Below, one piece after another: positions 8,524-18,501 of a DNA stretch of 64,000 nucleotides. Location: assembly GCA_001771185.1 (NCBI GenBank), contig METB01000001.1, forward strand, positions 503,200 to 567,199. The letters run 5' to 3'. This DNA is from a candidate division Kazan bacterium RIFCSPHIGHO2_01_FULL_44_14 (lineage in GTDB: Bacteria; Patescibacteriota; Kazan-3B-28). Positions within the stretch are counted from its first letter, which is position 1, and the number at the start of each line of letters is the position of its first letter. Under the pieces are notes generated by a model. That model was not told where the DNA came from. It worked only from the letters and a program-made list of their open reading frames with translations, and made no database searches. The translations under genes were made by a program, and so were the position numbers.

Positions 8524-9507
8524 ATGAAAAAACAAGACCTATCATATCTGATGTATTTGGGGTTGGTTGGCGCAGGGGTGAAACAGGGGGATGTGCTTGT
8601 GCTGGCGATTTCGGGTGGGCCGGATTCAATGGCCTTATTAGACATCGTTAGACAATTACAGCCACAGGAAGGGTGGCGGTTAGTGGTAGCTCACATTGAT
8701 CATGGTTTGCGGACAGAATCAAAGCGGGAGGCCAAATTAGTTGAGAATTATTGTGAGCAATATAATTTGGATGGTGTGGTGCAAACCCTTAAATTACCTT
8801 TGTCAGTTAGACGGCAATTGACTCGAGTAGAAGAAACGGCTCGGGAATTACGCTACCAGGCCTTGCGTCAAATTGCCAGACGAGTCAAAGCGCAGTTTAT
8901 TGTTACTGCTCACAATGCTGACGATCAGGTGGAAACAATTATCTTAAATTTTCTGCGAGGAAGCGGGATTAAAGGACTGGGTGGGATGCGAAGCGTATCG
9001 GGTGATATTATCCGGCCTTGGCTGACGGTACCAAAAGCCGATTTGTTAAGTTATGTGAAACGTCACAAAATCTCTTTTGCGATAGATACGACCAATGCTT
9101 CAACCAAATTCACTCGTAATCGAGTACGCCATAAATTGTTGCCAATTTTGAGGGAGTATAATCCTAACCTGGATGAATTGTTGTTAAAAAATAGTCAGCT
9201 GTTTTTACAGGCCGACATGACTTTGCGTAATTTGGCCAGAGAACTATTGGGCTTGATGGGAACAGGCAAAAGTGGTAAGGTAAACCTCTCGATTTCAAGG
9301 TTGTCAGAACTGCTGCCATTAATGCAGGTTGAGGTGGTCAAGCAAGCAGTTGAGCAGGTAGCGGGGACGACTTATAACTGGAAGGGCTCTCATTTTATGG
9401 AGATTGCCAAGTTGATAACGAGTCGTAGTCCAAATAATCAAAAACGGCTTCCAGGCAAATTGTTGGTACGCAGGGCCTATGATACGATAACCATTAGTCA
9501 GGAGTAG
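8524..9507 (+). CDS. tilS: tRNA(Ile)-lysidine synthetase
   Basis: PP-loop SGGPDS. Confidence 0.8.
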   Translation: MKKQDLSYLMYLGLVGAGVKQGDVLVLAISGGPDSMALLDIVRQLQPQEGWRLVVAHIDHGLRTESKREAKLVENYCEQYNLDGVVQTLKLPLSVRRQLTRVEETARELRYQALRQIARRVKAQFIVTAHNADDQVETIILNFLRGSGIKGLGGMRSVSGDIIRPWLTVPKADLLSYVKRHKISFAIDTTNASTKFTRNRVRHKLLPILREYNPNLDELLLKNSQLFLQADMTLRNLARELLGLMGTGKSGKVNLSISRLSELLPLMQVEVVKQAVEQVAGTTYNWKGSHFMEIAKLITSRSPNNQKRLPGKLLVRRAYDTITISQE

Positions 9508-9643
9508 ATGGATTTATCCCGTTAGAAATCACCTAACGGCACCTCCATTAACTAATAACTAGTCAGACCGGTATTTACAATAAAAACATACACTTATATT
9601 GCTAAAATATTAGCGTGGAAACGCTAGGTGGATTTTTAACGGG

Positions 9644-11434
9644 ATGAAACTCAATTTAGGCAGAATAGTAGGGTATTTGTTGGCTGGGTTGGTGATAATC
9701 GCTCTGCTCTACAGTTTGTTTGGTTATAGCGATACGGCGTCACAGCGGATTCCGGTTTCTGATGTGGTGCGGTTGGTTGATGCTGGGAAAGTTGAAAAGA
9801 TCGAAGTAAAGTCCGATGAAATCACGGTAATTACCACTGATGGTAAACGATTTATCGCTCGCAAGGAAGCCGGGGTATCTTTGAAGGACAGCGGGATCGA
9901 TACTTCCAAAGTTGAAGTAGATGTGATGGATGCTCAAGCCGGAGCGTTGTGGATCGGATTTTTGTCGTCTTTCTTGCCGTTCTTACTTATCTTAGGTTTC
10001 TTGTGGTTTATGTTTAGACAAGCCCAAGGTTCTGGAAATCAGGCCTTGTCATTTGGCAAATCCAAAGCCCGGCTTCAGGTTGGGACCAAAAACCGGGTGA
10101 CATTCAAAGAAGTGGCGGGGTCACACGAGGCCAAGCAAGAGTTAATGGAAGTGGTTGAGTTTTTGAAATACCCCAGCAAATTTATTAATTTAGGCGCACG
10201 GATTCCAAAAGGCGTGTTACTGGTGGGTCCTCCCGGTACCGGTAAAACTTTAATGGCAAGAGCAGTCGCAGGTGAGGCCGGTGTGCCATTTTTCAATATT
10301 AGCGGGAGCGAATTTGTGGAAATGTTTGTGGGAGTTGGGGCGAGTCGAGTGCGGGATTTATTTACCAAAGCCAAGCGCAATGCGCCAGCAATTGTATTTA
10401 TTGATGAAATTGATGCAGTTGGTCGTCAACGCGGAGCGGGTCTGGGCGGTGGGCATGACGAACGTGAACAAACTCTAAATCAAATTTTAGTAGAGATGGA
10501 TGGGTTTGAGACCAATACTAATGTAATTGTAATCGCTGCGACTAACCGACCAGATGTGTTGGACCCGGCCCTGCTTCGGCCTGGACGGTTTGATCGGAGA
10601 GTGGCATTAGAGAGGCCCGATATTAAAGATCGGGAAGCAATCTTACAGGTTCATACCAAAAACAAGCCATTGGATTCGACGGTTGATTTGCATCAAGTGG
10701 CGGCCCATACGCCAGGATTTTCAGGTGCGGACTTGCAGAATCTAGTGAACGAAGGTGCGATTTTGGCGGCCAGACACAATCAAAAGGTAATTACCAAACA
10801 GGACTTAGACGAAGCAGTGGAAAAAGTTTTGCTTGGACCAGAACGCAAAAATAAGATTTTGTCTGAACAGGAAAAAGAGATTACGGCTTATCATGAAGCG
10901 GGACATGCAGTCGTGGCACATATTTTGCCTCATACTGACCCAGTGCACAAAGTGTCGATTGTGAGTCGCGGGATGGCATTGGGTTATACCTGGAGTATGC
11001 CAGACAGAGATAGGCATCTGCATACCAAGGCCCAATTCATTGATGAGTTGGCACATATTTTAGGTGGGAGGTCAGCCGAGAAATTGATTTTCAAAGAAGT
11101 AACGACTGGTGCATCTAATGATTTACAGCGAGCGACTGAATTGGCGCGTCAGATGGTAATGCGGTTTGGGATGAGTGAGCGATTGGGACCAATTACTTTT
11201 GGCAATAGTGATGAGATGATTTTCCTGGGTCGCGAAATTCACGAAGCCAAGAACTACAGCGATAAAGTTGCGGCAGTCATTGATGAAGAAGTGGCGGCGA
11301 TTATTGATACGGCCGATAAAAAAGCCGACAAAGTGCTTCGAGATTACACCAAAGAGTTGAAGGCGATTGCGACACAACTAATTAAGACAGAGAGCTTAAA
11401 CCGTGACGAATTTGAATCCTTCTTCGACAAGTAG
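9644..11434 (+). CDS. ftsH: ATP-dependent zinc metalloprotease FtsH
   Basis: N-terminal TM helices, Walker A GPPGTGKT, zinc site HEAGHA. Confidence 0.95.
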   Translation: MKLNLGRIVGYLLAGLVIIALLYSLFGYSDTASQRIPVSDVVRLVDAGKVEKIEVKSDEITVITTDGKRFIARKEAGVSLKDSGIDTSKVEVDVMDAQAGALWIGFLSSFLPFLLILGFLWFMFRQAQGSGNQALSFGKSKARLQVGTKNRVTFKEVAGSHEAKQELMEVVEFLKYPSKFINLGARIPKGVLLVGPPGTGKTLMARAVAGEAGVPFFNISGSEFVEMFVGVGASRVRDLFTKAKRNAPAIVFIDEIDAVGRQRGAGLGGGHDEREQTLNQILVEMDGFETNTNVIVIAATNRPDVLDPALLRPGRFDRRVALERPDIKDREAILQVHTKNKPLDSTVDLHQVAAHTPGFSGADLQNLVNEGAILAARHNQKVITKQDLDEAVEKVLLGPERKNKILSEQEKEITAYHEAGHAVVAHILPHTDPVHKVSIVSRGMALGYTWSMPDRDRHLHTKAQFIDELAHILGGRSAEKLIFKEVTTGASNDLQRATELARQMVMRFGMSERLGPITFGNSDEMIFLGREIHEAKNYSDKVAAVIDEEVAAIIDTADKKADKVLRDYTKELKAIATQLIKTESLNRDEFESFFDK

Positions 11435-11437
11435 CGC

Positions 11438-13018
11438 ATGATTAAACATCTGATTACCCGAAAATCCAGTGTATTGGAGGCAACGGCCATTTTGGCAGTT
11501 GCCTCTTTGGTTAGCCGGTTGTTTGGAGTGATGCGGGACAGTGTGATTGCGGCTCGCTATGCGGGAGATATTTCCGATGCGTATCTGGCTGCGTTTGTCA
11601 TCCCAGATTTCATTTTTAATCTGTTGATTTTGGGAGCGTTATCAAGTGCATTTATCCCAATTTTTACCGAATATCTCCAAAAAACTGGCTCCGATAAAGA
11701 GGAGGCCTGGGGGATAGTCAATTCACTAGTTAATCTTGGAGTAATGCTGCTGGCGGTGATTTTGCTGGCGGTGGCAGTATTTGCACCGACTTTAGTTCAT
11801 TTAGTGGCGCCAGGATTTGTAACCGATAAAAAAGAAATGGTGGTTGTATTGATGCGAGTAATGCTGTTGTCACCATTGTTCTTTGGATTTAGTAATTTGG
11901 CCGGTGGGATTTTAAATTCATTCAAAAACTTTTTTGCTTATGCGATTGCCCCGATTTTATACAATTTGGGGATTATCGCTGGAGCAATTTATTTGGTTCC
12001 AAAGTTCGGGTATATCGGATTGGCCTATGGAGTAGTTGGCGGGGCTTGCTTGCATATGTTGGTGCAACTGCCGGGAGTGTTCGCATTTGGGTATCGGTAT
12101 CGGCTGCATATGAATCTGCGTCATCCGGCAATTCAGCGGATGGCGATGTTAATGATTCCAAGGACTATTGGGATAGGAGTAACTCAAATCAGCACGATTA
12201 TTAATACCGCGATTGCGTCGACCCTGGCTGGGGGGGCGGTCTCGGTCTTTAAATGGGCGGATAATTTGCAGAGTTTACCAATTGGGATTTTTGGAGTGTC
12301 ATTTGCGGTGGCGGTGTTTCCGACCTTGGCCGAAAAATATAGTTTAAAAAAAATTGATGAATTCAAAGAAGATGTGGTGCAGGTTCTGCGCCAGGTAATG
12401 TTTTTTATTGTGCCGTCGATGTTGTTGTATTGGTTACTGCGAGCCCAGATTGTTCGGTTAGTTTTTGGGTATGGATTGTTTGGTTGGGACTATACTCGGT
12501 TTACGGTTTCGGCTTTGGCCTTTTTTACTTTTGGGATGTTAGGGCAATCCATTATTCATCTGTTAGCTCGGTCTTTCTACGCTCTGCAGGATACTAAAAC
12601 CCCGCTACTGGTGAGCATAGGATCGTTAGGACTAAATGTGGGATTGGCGCTAATCTTAGTTCAATACTTAGATGTGGTAGGGCTGGCGGCGGCAATTTCA
12701 ATTTCGGCCACAGTTAATGCAGGATTGTTGTTGGTGATATTGGGGAGGCGGCTTGGCGGGTTGCCCTGGCGAGGATTGAGTGAATATTTAGTAAAAATTA
12801 TTTTTGCTGGTTTCATTATGACTGGGGCGGGTTATTTGATGCTTCGGGTAATGAACTTGATTGTAACAACTCATACGGTAATAGGATTATTTGCACAGAC
12901 AGTTGTGACTGCCGGAGTGGCCGTATTGGTATATTTGGCGATTACTAGGGTGCTAAAAATTCCCGAAGTAAGTCGGATACTTAGTCCATTTCGGCGGTTG
13001 GTGAGAGTTGGGAAATAA
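11438..13018 (+). CDS. murJ: Lipid II flippase MurJ
   Basis: 526-aa polytopic membrane protein with MurJ N-terminus RDSVIAARYAGDISDAYLAAFVIPDF. Confidence 0.85.
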   Translation: MIKHLITRKSSVLEATAILAVASLVSRLFGVMRDSVIAARYAGDISDAYLAAFVIPDFIFNLLILGALSSAFIPIFTEYLQKTGSDKEEAWGIVNSLVNLGVMLLAVILLAVAVFAPTLVHLVAPGFVTDKKEMVVVLMRVMLLSPLFFGFSNLAGGILNSFKNFFAYAIAPILYNLGIIAGAIYLVPKFGYIGLAYGVVGGACLHMLVQLPGVFAFGYRYRLHMNLRHPAIQRMAMLMIPRTIGIGVTQISTIINTAIASTLAGGAVSVFKWADNLQSLPIGIFGVSFAVAVFPTLAEKYSLKKIDEFKEDVVQVLRQVMFFIVPSMLLYWLLRAQIVRLVFGYGLFGWDYTRFTVSALAFFTFGMLGQSIIHLLARSFYALQDTKTPLLVSIGSLGLNVGLALILVQYLDVVGLAAAISISATVNAGLLLVILGRRLGGLPWRGLSEYLVKIIFAGFIMTGAGYLMLRVMNLIVTTHTVIGLFAQTVVTAGVAVLVYLAITRVLKIPEVSRILSPFRRLVRVGK

Positions 13019-13025
13019 AAAAATC

Positions 13026-13112
13026 CCGCTCCGTTTTCCTGTCTGTCATCCTGAACTTGATTCAGGATTTAGATGCTGAAATAAATTCAGCATGACAGGA
13101 AAACGGAGCGGG
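13026..13112. terminator. Composite palindromic element: 19-bp outer stem (cccgctccgttttcctgtc / gacaggaaaacggagcggg) enclosing two inner hairpins
   Basis: lies between convergent murJ and the 13127 gene; the inner motifs gtcatcctgaa...ttcaggat and gatgctgaa...ttcagcat recur at 38150-38192 and 53413-53440. Confidence 0.55.
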
Positions 13113-13126
13113 ATGGCGACGACTTC

Positions 13127-13465
13127 TTAAAACTCACGCCATTCTTGTAACATCCAATCTGTCAGAGAACCTCTCCATCCAAAGCGGGGGATTCTACTGA
13201 CGATTTCAATCGTTACGAGGGGCGCGACGAATAAGTGAGTGTAGGCGATTAATGCACCGAACGGCGAAAAGCGCGTATTAATGGTTAATCCGCACACCCA
13301 CATGAGGACAAGCTCGATCAATCCCAGTAGCAGGATGACAAAGCTAATTCTGGTAGCCCAAAATGTAATCTTGGAATAGGGGAACATCATGAATGTTACA
13401 CGGGCAACTATGAATGTAACTATTCCAAATACCACCACCGGCCACCACATATCAATCTGACTCAT
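13127..13465 (-). CDS. hypothetical membrane protein
   Basis: 3-4 TM helices, 112 aa. Confidence 0.5.
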   Translation of the reverse strand: MSQIDMWWPVVVFGIVTFIVARVTFMMFPYSKITFWATRISFVILLLGLIELVLMWVCGLTINTRFSPFGALIAYTHLFVAPLVTIEIVSRIPRFGWRGSLTDWMLQEWREF

Positions 13466-13679
13466 CGCTTTCTCCTAAAAAAGAATTTGGCGGCGATGAT
13501 TTTTACAAAATACAAATTGGTGTCTGGGGGCCTCCGTCTCTAGCGACTTGCGTCCTAAAGGGGAGGCCCGCAGATCCCCTGAAATATACTCCAAAAGGGG
13601 CCTATTGTCAAGTGGTTTATTGCTCTGGGAGCGAGAAAGAGTAAAATGAAGGTATCTTTGTACCAAGGAGGAATCTTGG

Positions 13680-13919
13680 ATGGCATACGGTGATTTTGAG
13701 CCCACTCTCCTCGTTTTTTTATGTCGGAGGGATGGCTGTCGGGCTCCGTTAGTCCAGACAGCAGGTGATGATGACGATGGCACTTCTACTTGGGAATGTG
13801 CCAAGGGTCACAAGAACCTAATCCAGTTGCATCGTTTCGGCGGACGGGTAGAGATTGTTGCACCCAAGAAATCAGAGTCGCAAGCGACCAATTGTCTCAC
13901 AGGGGCCGTAGCGACATGA
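13680..13919 (+). CDS. hypothetical small Cys-containing protein (possible zinc ribbon)
   Basis: RBS aaggagg 8 nt upstream of the ATG; CxxxxC...CxxxH spacing. Confidence 0.35.
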   Translation: MAYGDFEPTLLVFLCRRDGCRAPLVQTAGDDDDGTSTWECAKGHKNLIQLHRFGGRVEIVAPKKSESQATNCLTGAVAT

Positions 13920-13983
13920 TGCATGTACCTTAAAGGCGACCGAAGCAGCGGTCGCCTTCTCACTTATCCAGTAAGATGTATTT

Positions 13984-15885
13984 ATGACCAACATTAGAAA
14001 CTTTTGCATAATCGCGCATATTGATCATGGGAAGTCGACTTTGGCTGACCGGCTTTTAGAGTTGACTAATACAATCTCCAGTCGCGAAATGAGAGCGCAG
14101 TATTTGGATACAATGGATCTGGAGCGGGAGCGGGGGATTACGATTAAACTTCAGCCGGTGCGAATGCATTACGATTACCGTCATTCTGGCAAGGGCGCCG
14201 AAGGTGGCCGCGACCAGAATCTTATACGATCCTGGGCAATCCAGGATGACGAGATCAGTGATGGCTTCTATGAATTAAATCTGATAGATACACCAGGGCA
14301 TGTTGATTTTACTTACGAAGTGTCGCGGTCATTGGCGGCCGTAGAGGGGGCACTTCTGGTGGTGGATGCGAGTCAGGGAATTGAAGCCCAAACTTTGGCG
14401 AATCTACACTTGGCTCAAGAACATCATTTAACAATTATTCCAGTTGTAAACAAAATTGATTTGCCGGCAGCGGATCCGGATAGAGTTATTCGAGAGCTCC
14501 AATCGGTAATTGGGATTGAACCCGAAGATGTCATTTTGGTATCAGCTAAAACCGGGGAAGGAGTGGAAAAAATTCTGGATGCGATTGTCGAACGGGTGCC
14601 AGCACCCAAGGGGAATGCGGACGCACCACTTCGGGCGTTAGTATTTGATTCGTATTTTGATCAGTTTCGAGGAGTGGTGGCGTATGTGCGGATTGTTGAT
14701 GGTGAGGTTAAGGCCGGTGATAACATTGTGATGATGGCAAGTAGGGCCAAAGTCGAAGTAATGGAAGTTGGGTGTTTTGCTCCAAAACTAACCAAACAGT
14801 CAATTTTGGAAACGAGTGAGATTGGTTATATCGCAACTGGTTTAAAAGATGTAAGGTCAGTGCGAGTGGGAGACACAATAACTTTGGTGGAACCAAAGTT
14901 AAGTGAAAAGTTAAAAGTGAAAAGTGAAAAGTGGGAGGGAGTGAAGGCGTTGGAGGGGTATAAGCAGGTGATGCCGTTTGTGTATGCGGGAATATTTACT
15001 ATCGATAATGCTGATTTTCCGCAATTAAGGGATGCGTTGGACAAATTACAGCTGAATGACTCTTCGTTGATATTTGAGCCAGAGAGTTCACCGGCTTTGG
15101 GATTTGGTTTTAGATGTGGATTTTTAGGTCTACTTCATTTGGATATTGTCCAAGAACGATTAGAGCGGGAGTTTAATCTGAATTTAGTAACCACTACTCC
15201 GAGTGTAAGTTATGAGGTAACAATGCCAGGGGGTGACAAGAAGATTATTCATAATCCAACTGAATTGCCACCGGCTGGAACTTACAAGGAAATTGCCGAG
15301 CCGTGGATTCGGCTGGAGGTGGTGTGTCCGGCGGAATATGTCGGGAATGTGATGCAGTTGATTCAGGGGAAGCGGGGAGTACAAGTTGATGTGAAATATC
15401 TTGATCCGACTCGGTCAGTACTAATTTATGAAATTCCGTTGGCTTCCGTGGTAACTGAATTTTATGATCAACTTAAAAGTGTGACTTCTGGTTATGCTTC
15501 GATGGCATATGAGATGTTGGAATATCGGGTAGACAATTTGGTGAAGGTAGATATTTTGTTAAATACTAAACCAATTGATACTTTGTCAGTGATTATTCAT
15601 CGGAGCGAAGCCCAAAGAATCGGCCAGAAAATCGCTACCAAACTAAAAGAACTTTTGCCGCGACAGAATTTCAAGATTGTTATCCAGGCCGCGATTGGTG
15701 GGAAGGTAATTGCTCGCGAGGAGCTTTCGCCGTATCGGAAAGATGTGACGGCAAAATTGTATGGTGGAGATGTAACACGCAAGAATAAGCTGTTGGATAA
15801 ACAGAAAAAGGGTAAAAAGCGGATGAAGATGGTGGGAGATGTTGAGATTCCTCAATCAGTATTTCGGAGCATGGTGAGTAATTAA
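13984..15885 (+). CDS. lepA: Elongation factor 4 (LepA) with lineage-specific insertions
   Basis: G1 motif AHIDHGKST and DTPGHVDF; a ~30-aa insertion before DTPGH; an internal tandem DNA repeat at 14899..14935. Confidence 0.9.
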   Translation: MTNIRNFCIIAHIDHGKSTLADRLLELTNTISSREMRAQYLDTMDLERERGITIKLQPVRMHYDYRHSGKGAEGGRDQNLIRSWAIQDDEISDGFYELNLIDTPGHVDFTYEVSRSLAAVEGALLVVDASQGIEAQTLANLHLAQEHHLTIIPVVNKIDLPAADPDRVIRELQSVIGIEPEDVILVSAKTGEGVEKILDAIVERVPAPKGNADAPLRALVFDSYFDQFRGVVAYVRIVDGEVKAGDNIVMMASRAKVEVMEVGCFAPKLTKQSILETSEIGYIATGLKDVRSVRVGDTITLVEPKLSEKLKVKSEKWEGVKALEGYKQVMPFVYAGIFTIDNADFPQLRDALDKLQLNDSSLIFEPESSPALGFGFRCGFLGLLHLDIVQERLEREFNLNLVTTTPSVSYEVTMPGGDKKIIHNPTELPPAGTYKEIAEPWIRLEVVCPAEYVGNVMQLIQGKRGVQVDVKYLDPTRSVLIYEIPLASVVTEFYDQLKSVTSGYASMAYEMLEYRVDNLVKVDILLNTKPIDTLSVIIHRSEAQRIGQKIATKLKELLPRQNFKIVIQAAIGGKVIAREELSPYRKDVTAKLYGGDVTRKNKLLDKQKKGKKRMKMVGDVEIPQSVFRSMVSN

Positions 15886-15913
15886 TTTTGTTACCGACCT
15901 GCTGTCGATGCCT

Positions 15914-16115
15914 ACCAAACGCAAGCTGGCGTTTGATCCAGCGTCTCTTTTTGCTTGTCCAAAAAGAGACATGAAAAAAGACACCCAACTTACCAATTGC
16001 TATCTGAAATACAAAATTTTCTTTCTGGCTTTCGGCAAACTCGGAGCTAGCCGGCTCCTCAAACAGTGCCTTCGCTGCGAAAATTTTGCATACAGATAAC
16101 GCAATTGGCTCGATG
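15914..16115. repeat. Dispersed mosaic repeat, family B copy
   Basis: ccaaacgcaagctggcgtttgatccagcgtctctttttgcttgtccaaaaagagaca is near-identical to 63885..63950; ttttctttctggct, caaacagtgccttcgctgcgaaaatt and ttcgatggg segments recur at 32530-32730, 37990-38130 and 53530-53830. Confidence 0.7.
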
Positions 16116-16299
16116 GGATTAGGGATGGTGGTAGGGATTTTACTCAATTGATGACGTTTCTTCTTCTATGGCGGGGAGAACGGAATAAGAGACGAGATAA
16201 TCGAGTTCTGATAATCAAGATGATTTATTTTAGTAATACTTTGCTCTAAGAGAGAGTTTGTGGTAGGTTGAGAGCATCTTAGTACCTTAGGAGGAAGTA

Positions 16300-16734
16300 G
16301 TGATTAGCTGGCTCGCGATAGTTGGGCTGACGATAATCGTCGGCTTTATTGGTGGCATCCAGGGAGGGCGGAGACTGGCTGGTGACTGGAAGTCACCAGA
16401 GGAGCAGGTTTTCAACAGCCATCCGCTACTCGCTTGGATACACGCTCTGGCAGCTGTTGCTGGACTCGTGGCGATTGTCGAGGCGTGTCTGGCGAGTGGG
16501 TGGCAGCAGATTGCGCTTTGGTGCGTTGCTGCCTGGCTCTGTCCGGTACTGATGCTTTTGGTATATCGGATAACCTACAGCCAAATTTCCTACACGTCCT
16601 TCCCTCAGTGGCCAGATGTTCGGGGTTGGCTGGCATGGCCGGTGAAGATCGCTGCGGCTCTCCTAATGTGGATCTGCGCCTTGTGCTCGCGGGATGGGTG
16701 GGAGTTGATCCGTGATGAATTCAGCGACCGCTAA
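16300..16734 (+). CDS. hypothetical membrane protein
   Basis: GTG start 6 nt after aggagg; 4 TM helices. Confidence 0.5.
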   Translation: MISWLAIVGLTIIVGFIGGIQGGRRLAGDWKSPEEQVFNSHPLLAWIHALAAVAGLVAIVEACLASGWQQIALWCVAAWLCPVLMLLVYRITYSQISYTSFPQWPDVRGWLAWPVKIAAALLMWICALCSRDGWELIRDEFSDR

Positions 16735-16755
16735 CCATTTTTGTCCTGTTAATCA

Positions 16756-16782
16756 AGCCTCGTTGTAAAACGAGGCTTTTTA
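16756..16782 (+). terminator. Rho-independent terminator (aagcctcgtt-gtaaa-acgaggcttttt)
   Basis: hairpin followed by a T-run. Confidence 0.6.
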
Positions 16783-16808
16783 CTAGCAGTACTAGCACTC
16801 TATTGACA
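16782..16808. promoter_or_regulatory. CIRCE operator (HrcA binding site) upstream of hrcA-grpE-dnaK-dnaJ
   Basis: ctagcactc-tattgacaa-gagtgctag matches the CIRCE consensus TTAGCACTC-N9-GAGTGCTAA. Confidence 0.85.
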
Positions 16809-16879
16809 AGAGTGCTAGGGGGGTGTAGAGTGGACTTTGCTACCGCCAATGGCGGGGTTCCGCAGGATGCGGTGATAAT

Positions 16880-17602
16880 TTGACTTTTGGTGGTTTTGTA
16901 TTGAATACGACTGCAGACATGAAGTTAAATACCAGGCAAAAACAGGTCCTGAAGACGATTGTGGAGGAGTATGTGAAACATTCTCTTCCCGTCGGCTCTG
17001 CCCATGTGGTAGAGATGCTACCGTTTTCTGTCAGTTCGGCTACTATCCGAGGGGATATGGTCGAGTTAACCGAAAGTGGACATTTGGCACAGCCACATAC
17101 TTCAGCGGGACGGATTCCAACTGAAGCCGGGTTTAAGGACTATATTGAAACAATGTTGTATGAACACAAAGAATTGTCTTTGCGCCAACAAGAGGTTTTA
17201 TCGACACATTTTAAGCGGTTAAAAAATTTACAGGAAAGATTTAAAGAAGCAGCACGGATGTTATCGGAATTATCTGGGAGCGTGGGACTATTGATGGATG
17301 ATGCAAATCAGATATATATGTCAGGTCTATCCAAGTTGCCACAGTTGCCGGAGTTTCGGGATGAAGAATTTGGGGCGGACTTCATGGAACTACTCGAGAA
17401 TCCGGCCGAAAGTTTTAAGGCATTGATGAAACAAACCAGTAGCCAGCCACAAGTAGTGCTTGGTAAAACCAGCATGGTGGTAACTAAGTTTGGACCGGGT
17501 GGTAGACAGGTTATTTCAGTAATCGGACCAATGAGAATGAGTTATGGGAAAACTTTGCCCGCCGTCGAGTACATTGCAAAAATCCTTAATCAGGATTTTT
17601 AA
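16880..17602 (+). CDS. hrcA: Heat-inducible transcription repressor HrcA (short form)
   Basis: N-terminal wHTH LNTRQKQVLKTIVEEYVKHSLPVGS...SSATIRGDMVELTESGHLAQPHTSAGRIPTE; the real start is probably at 16919. Confidence 0.75.
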   Translation: MTFGGFVLNTTADMKLNTRQKQVLKTIVEEYVKHSLPVGSAHVVEMLPFSVSSATIRGDMVELTESGHLAQPHTSAGRIPTEAGFKDYIETMLYEHKELSLRQQEVLSTHFKRLKNLQERFKEAARMLSELSGSVGLLMDDANQIYMSGLSKLPQLPEFRDEEFGADFMELLENPAESFKALMKQTSSQPQVVLGKTSMVVTKFGPGGRQVISVIGPMRMSYGKTLPAVEYIAKILNQDF

Positions 17603-17629
17603 TATCCAATATCCAATACCCAATGACAA

Positions 17630-18097
17630 ATGAATAAGAAAGCGAAACAATCAGAAGGTAATGTGCCAAAAATCGACTGGGAAGTGAAAGCGAAGGAATA
17701 TGAAGCGGGTTGGAAGCGAGCATTGGCAGATTTAGATAATTATAAAAAAGACGCCGAGAAACGGCAGATGGAGATGGTCCAGTTTTTGAAAGCCAGTTCG
17801 CTGATTAAGTTTTTGGAGATTTATGATGATTTGAAACGAGCAGTTGAATTTGTAACAGATGAGCAGGCCAAGCAAGGATTGATTTCGGTACAGAATAAAT
17901 TCAAGGATTATTTGCATCAAGACGGCCTAGATGAAATTGAGTTTAAGACAGGGGATGAATTTAATCCAGAACTGGCCGAAGCGGTGAGTTATGAGGAAAA
18001 CGAAGTCGGCGAGGGGAAAGTGATTGAAACAATGGAAGTTGGTTTGAAATATAACGATAGAGTAATTAAGCCTGCGAAAGTTCGAGTCGGAAAGTAA
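17630..18097 (+). CDS. grpE: Nucleotide exchange factor GrpE
   Basis: GrpE-like coiled coil (NYKKDAEKRQME) and C-terminal beta region; position in the operon. Confidence 0.7.
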   Translation: MNKKAKQSEGNVPKIDWEVKAKEYEAGWKRALADLDNYKKDAEKRQMEMVQFLKASSLIKFLEIYDDLKRAVEFVTDEQAKQGLISVQNKFKDYLHQDGLDEIEFKTGDEFNPELAEAVSYEENEVGEGKVIETMEVGLKYNDRVIKPAKVRVGK

Positions 18098-18148
18098 TTC
18101 CGACGAGAATCCCACCATCACTTGTGTATGGCGGGATGAGAGAAAGAA

Positions 18149-18475
18149 ATGAATATAAGTAATAAAGTAAAAATCGTCGTATTTGTGCCAGCATCGCATA
18201 CCGACATTGTTCGCGAGGCTATGGGCAAGGCGGGAGCTGGAAAGATCGGCAACTACACAAATTGTAGTTTTTCTTCCAAAGGCATCGGACGATTTAAACC
18301 AGAAGCCGGTGCTAACCCCACGATTGGTGAGGTCGGCAAACTGGAATCCGTTGAGGAGGAGCGCATAGAGATGATGTGCCCAAAAGAAGTCCTGACAAAT
18401 GTAATTGCAGCCATCAAGAGAGTGCATCCGTATGAAGAAGTGGCGTTAGATATTTATCCGTTGGATATTGAATAA
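18149..18475 (+). CDS. small conserved protein, possibly of the Nif3/YqfO C-terminal (PII-like) family
   Basis: 108 aa ending HPYEEVALDIYPLD; inserted between grpE and dnaK. Confidence 0.35.
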   Translation: MNISNKVKIVVFVPASHTDIVREAMGKAGAGKIGNYTNCSFSSKGIGRFKPEAGANPTIGEVGKLESVEEERIEMMCPKEVLTNVIAAIKRVHPYEEVALDIYPLDIE

Positions 18476-18501
18476 TTAATTTTAAAAGCGAGGATGGAAA
18501 A

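Noticed and set aside
13475-13804. 109-aa minus-strand ORF in the lepA upstream region
   Set aside because: No RBS, and R/S-rich low-complexity translation. The plus-strand small ORF with a strong RBS (13680..13919) is the better candidate, though itself uncertain.
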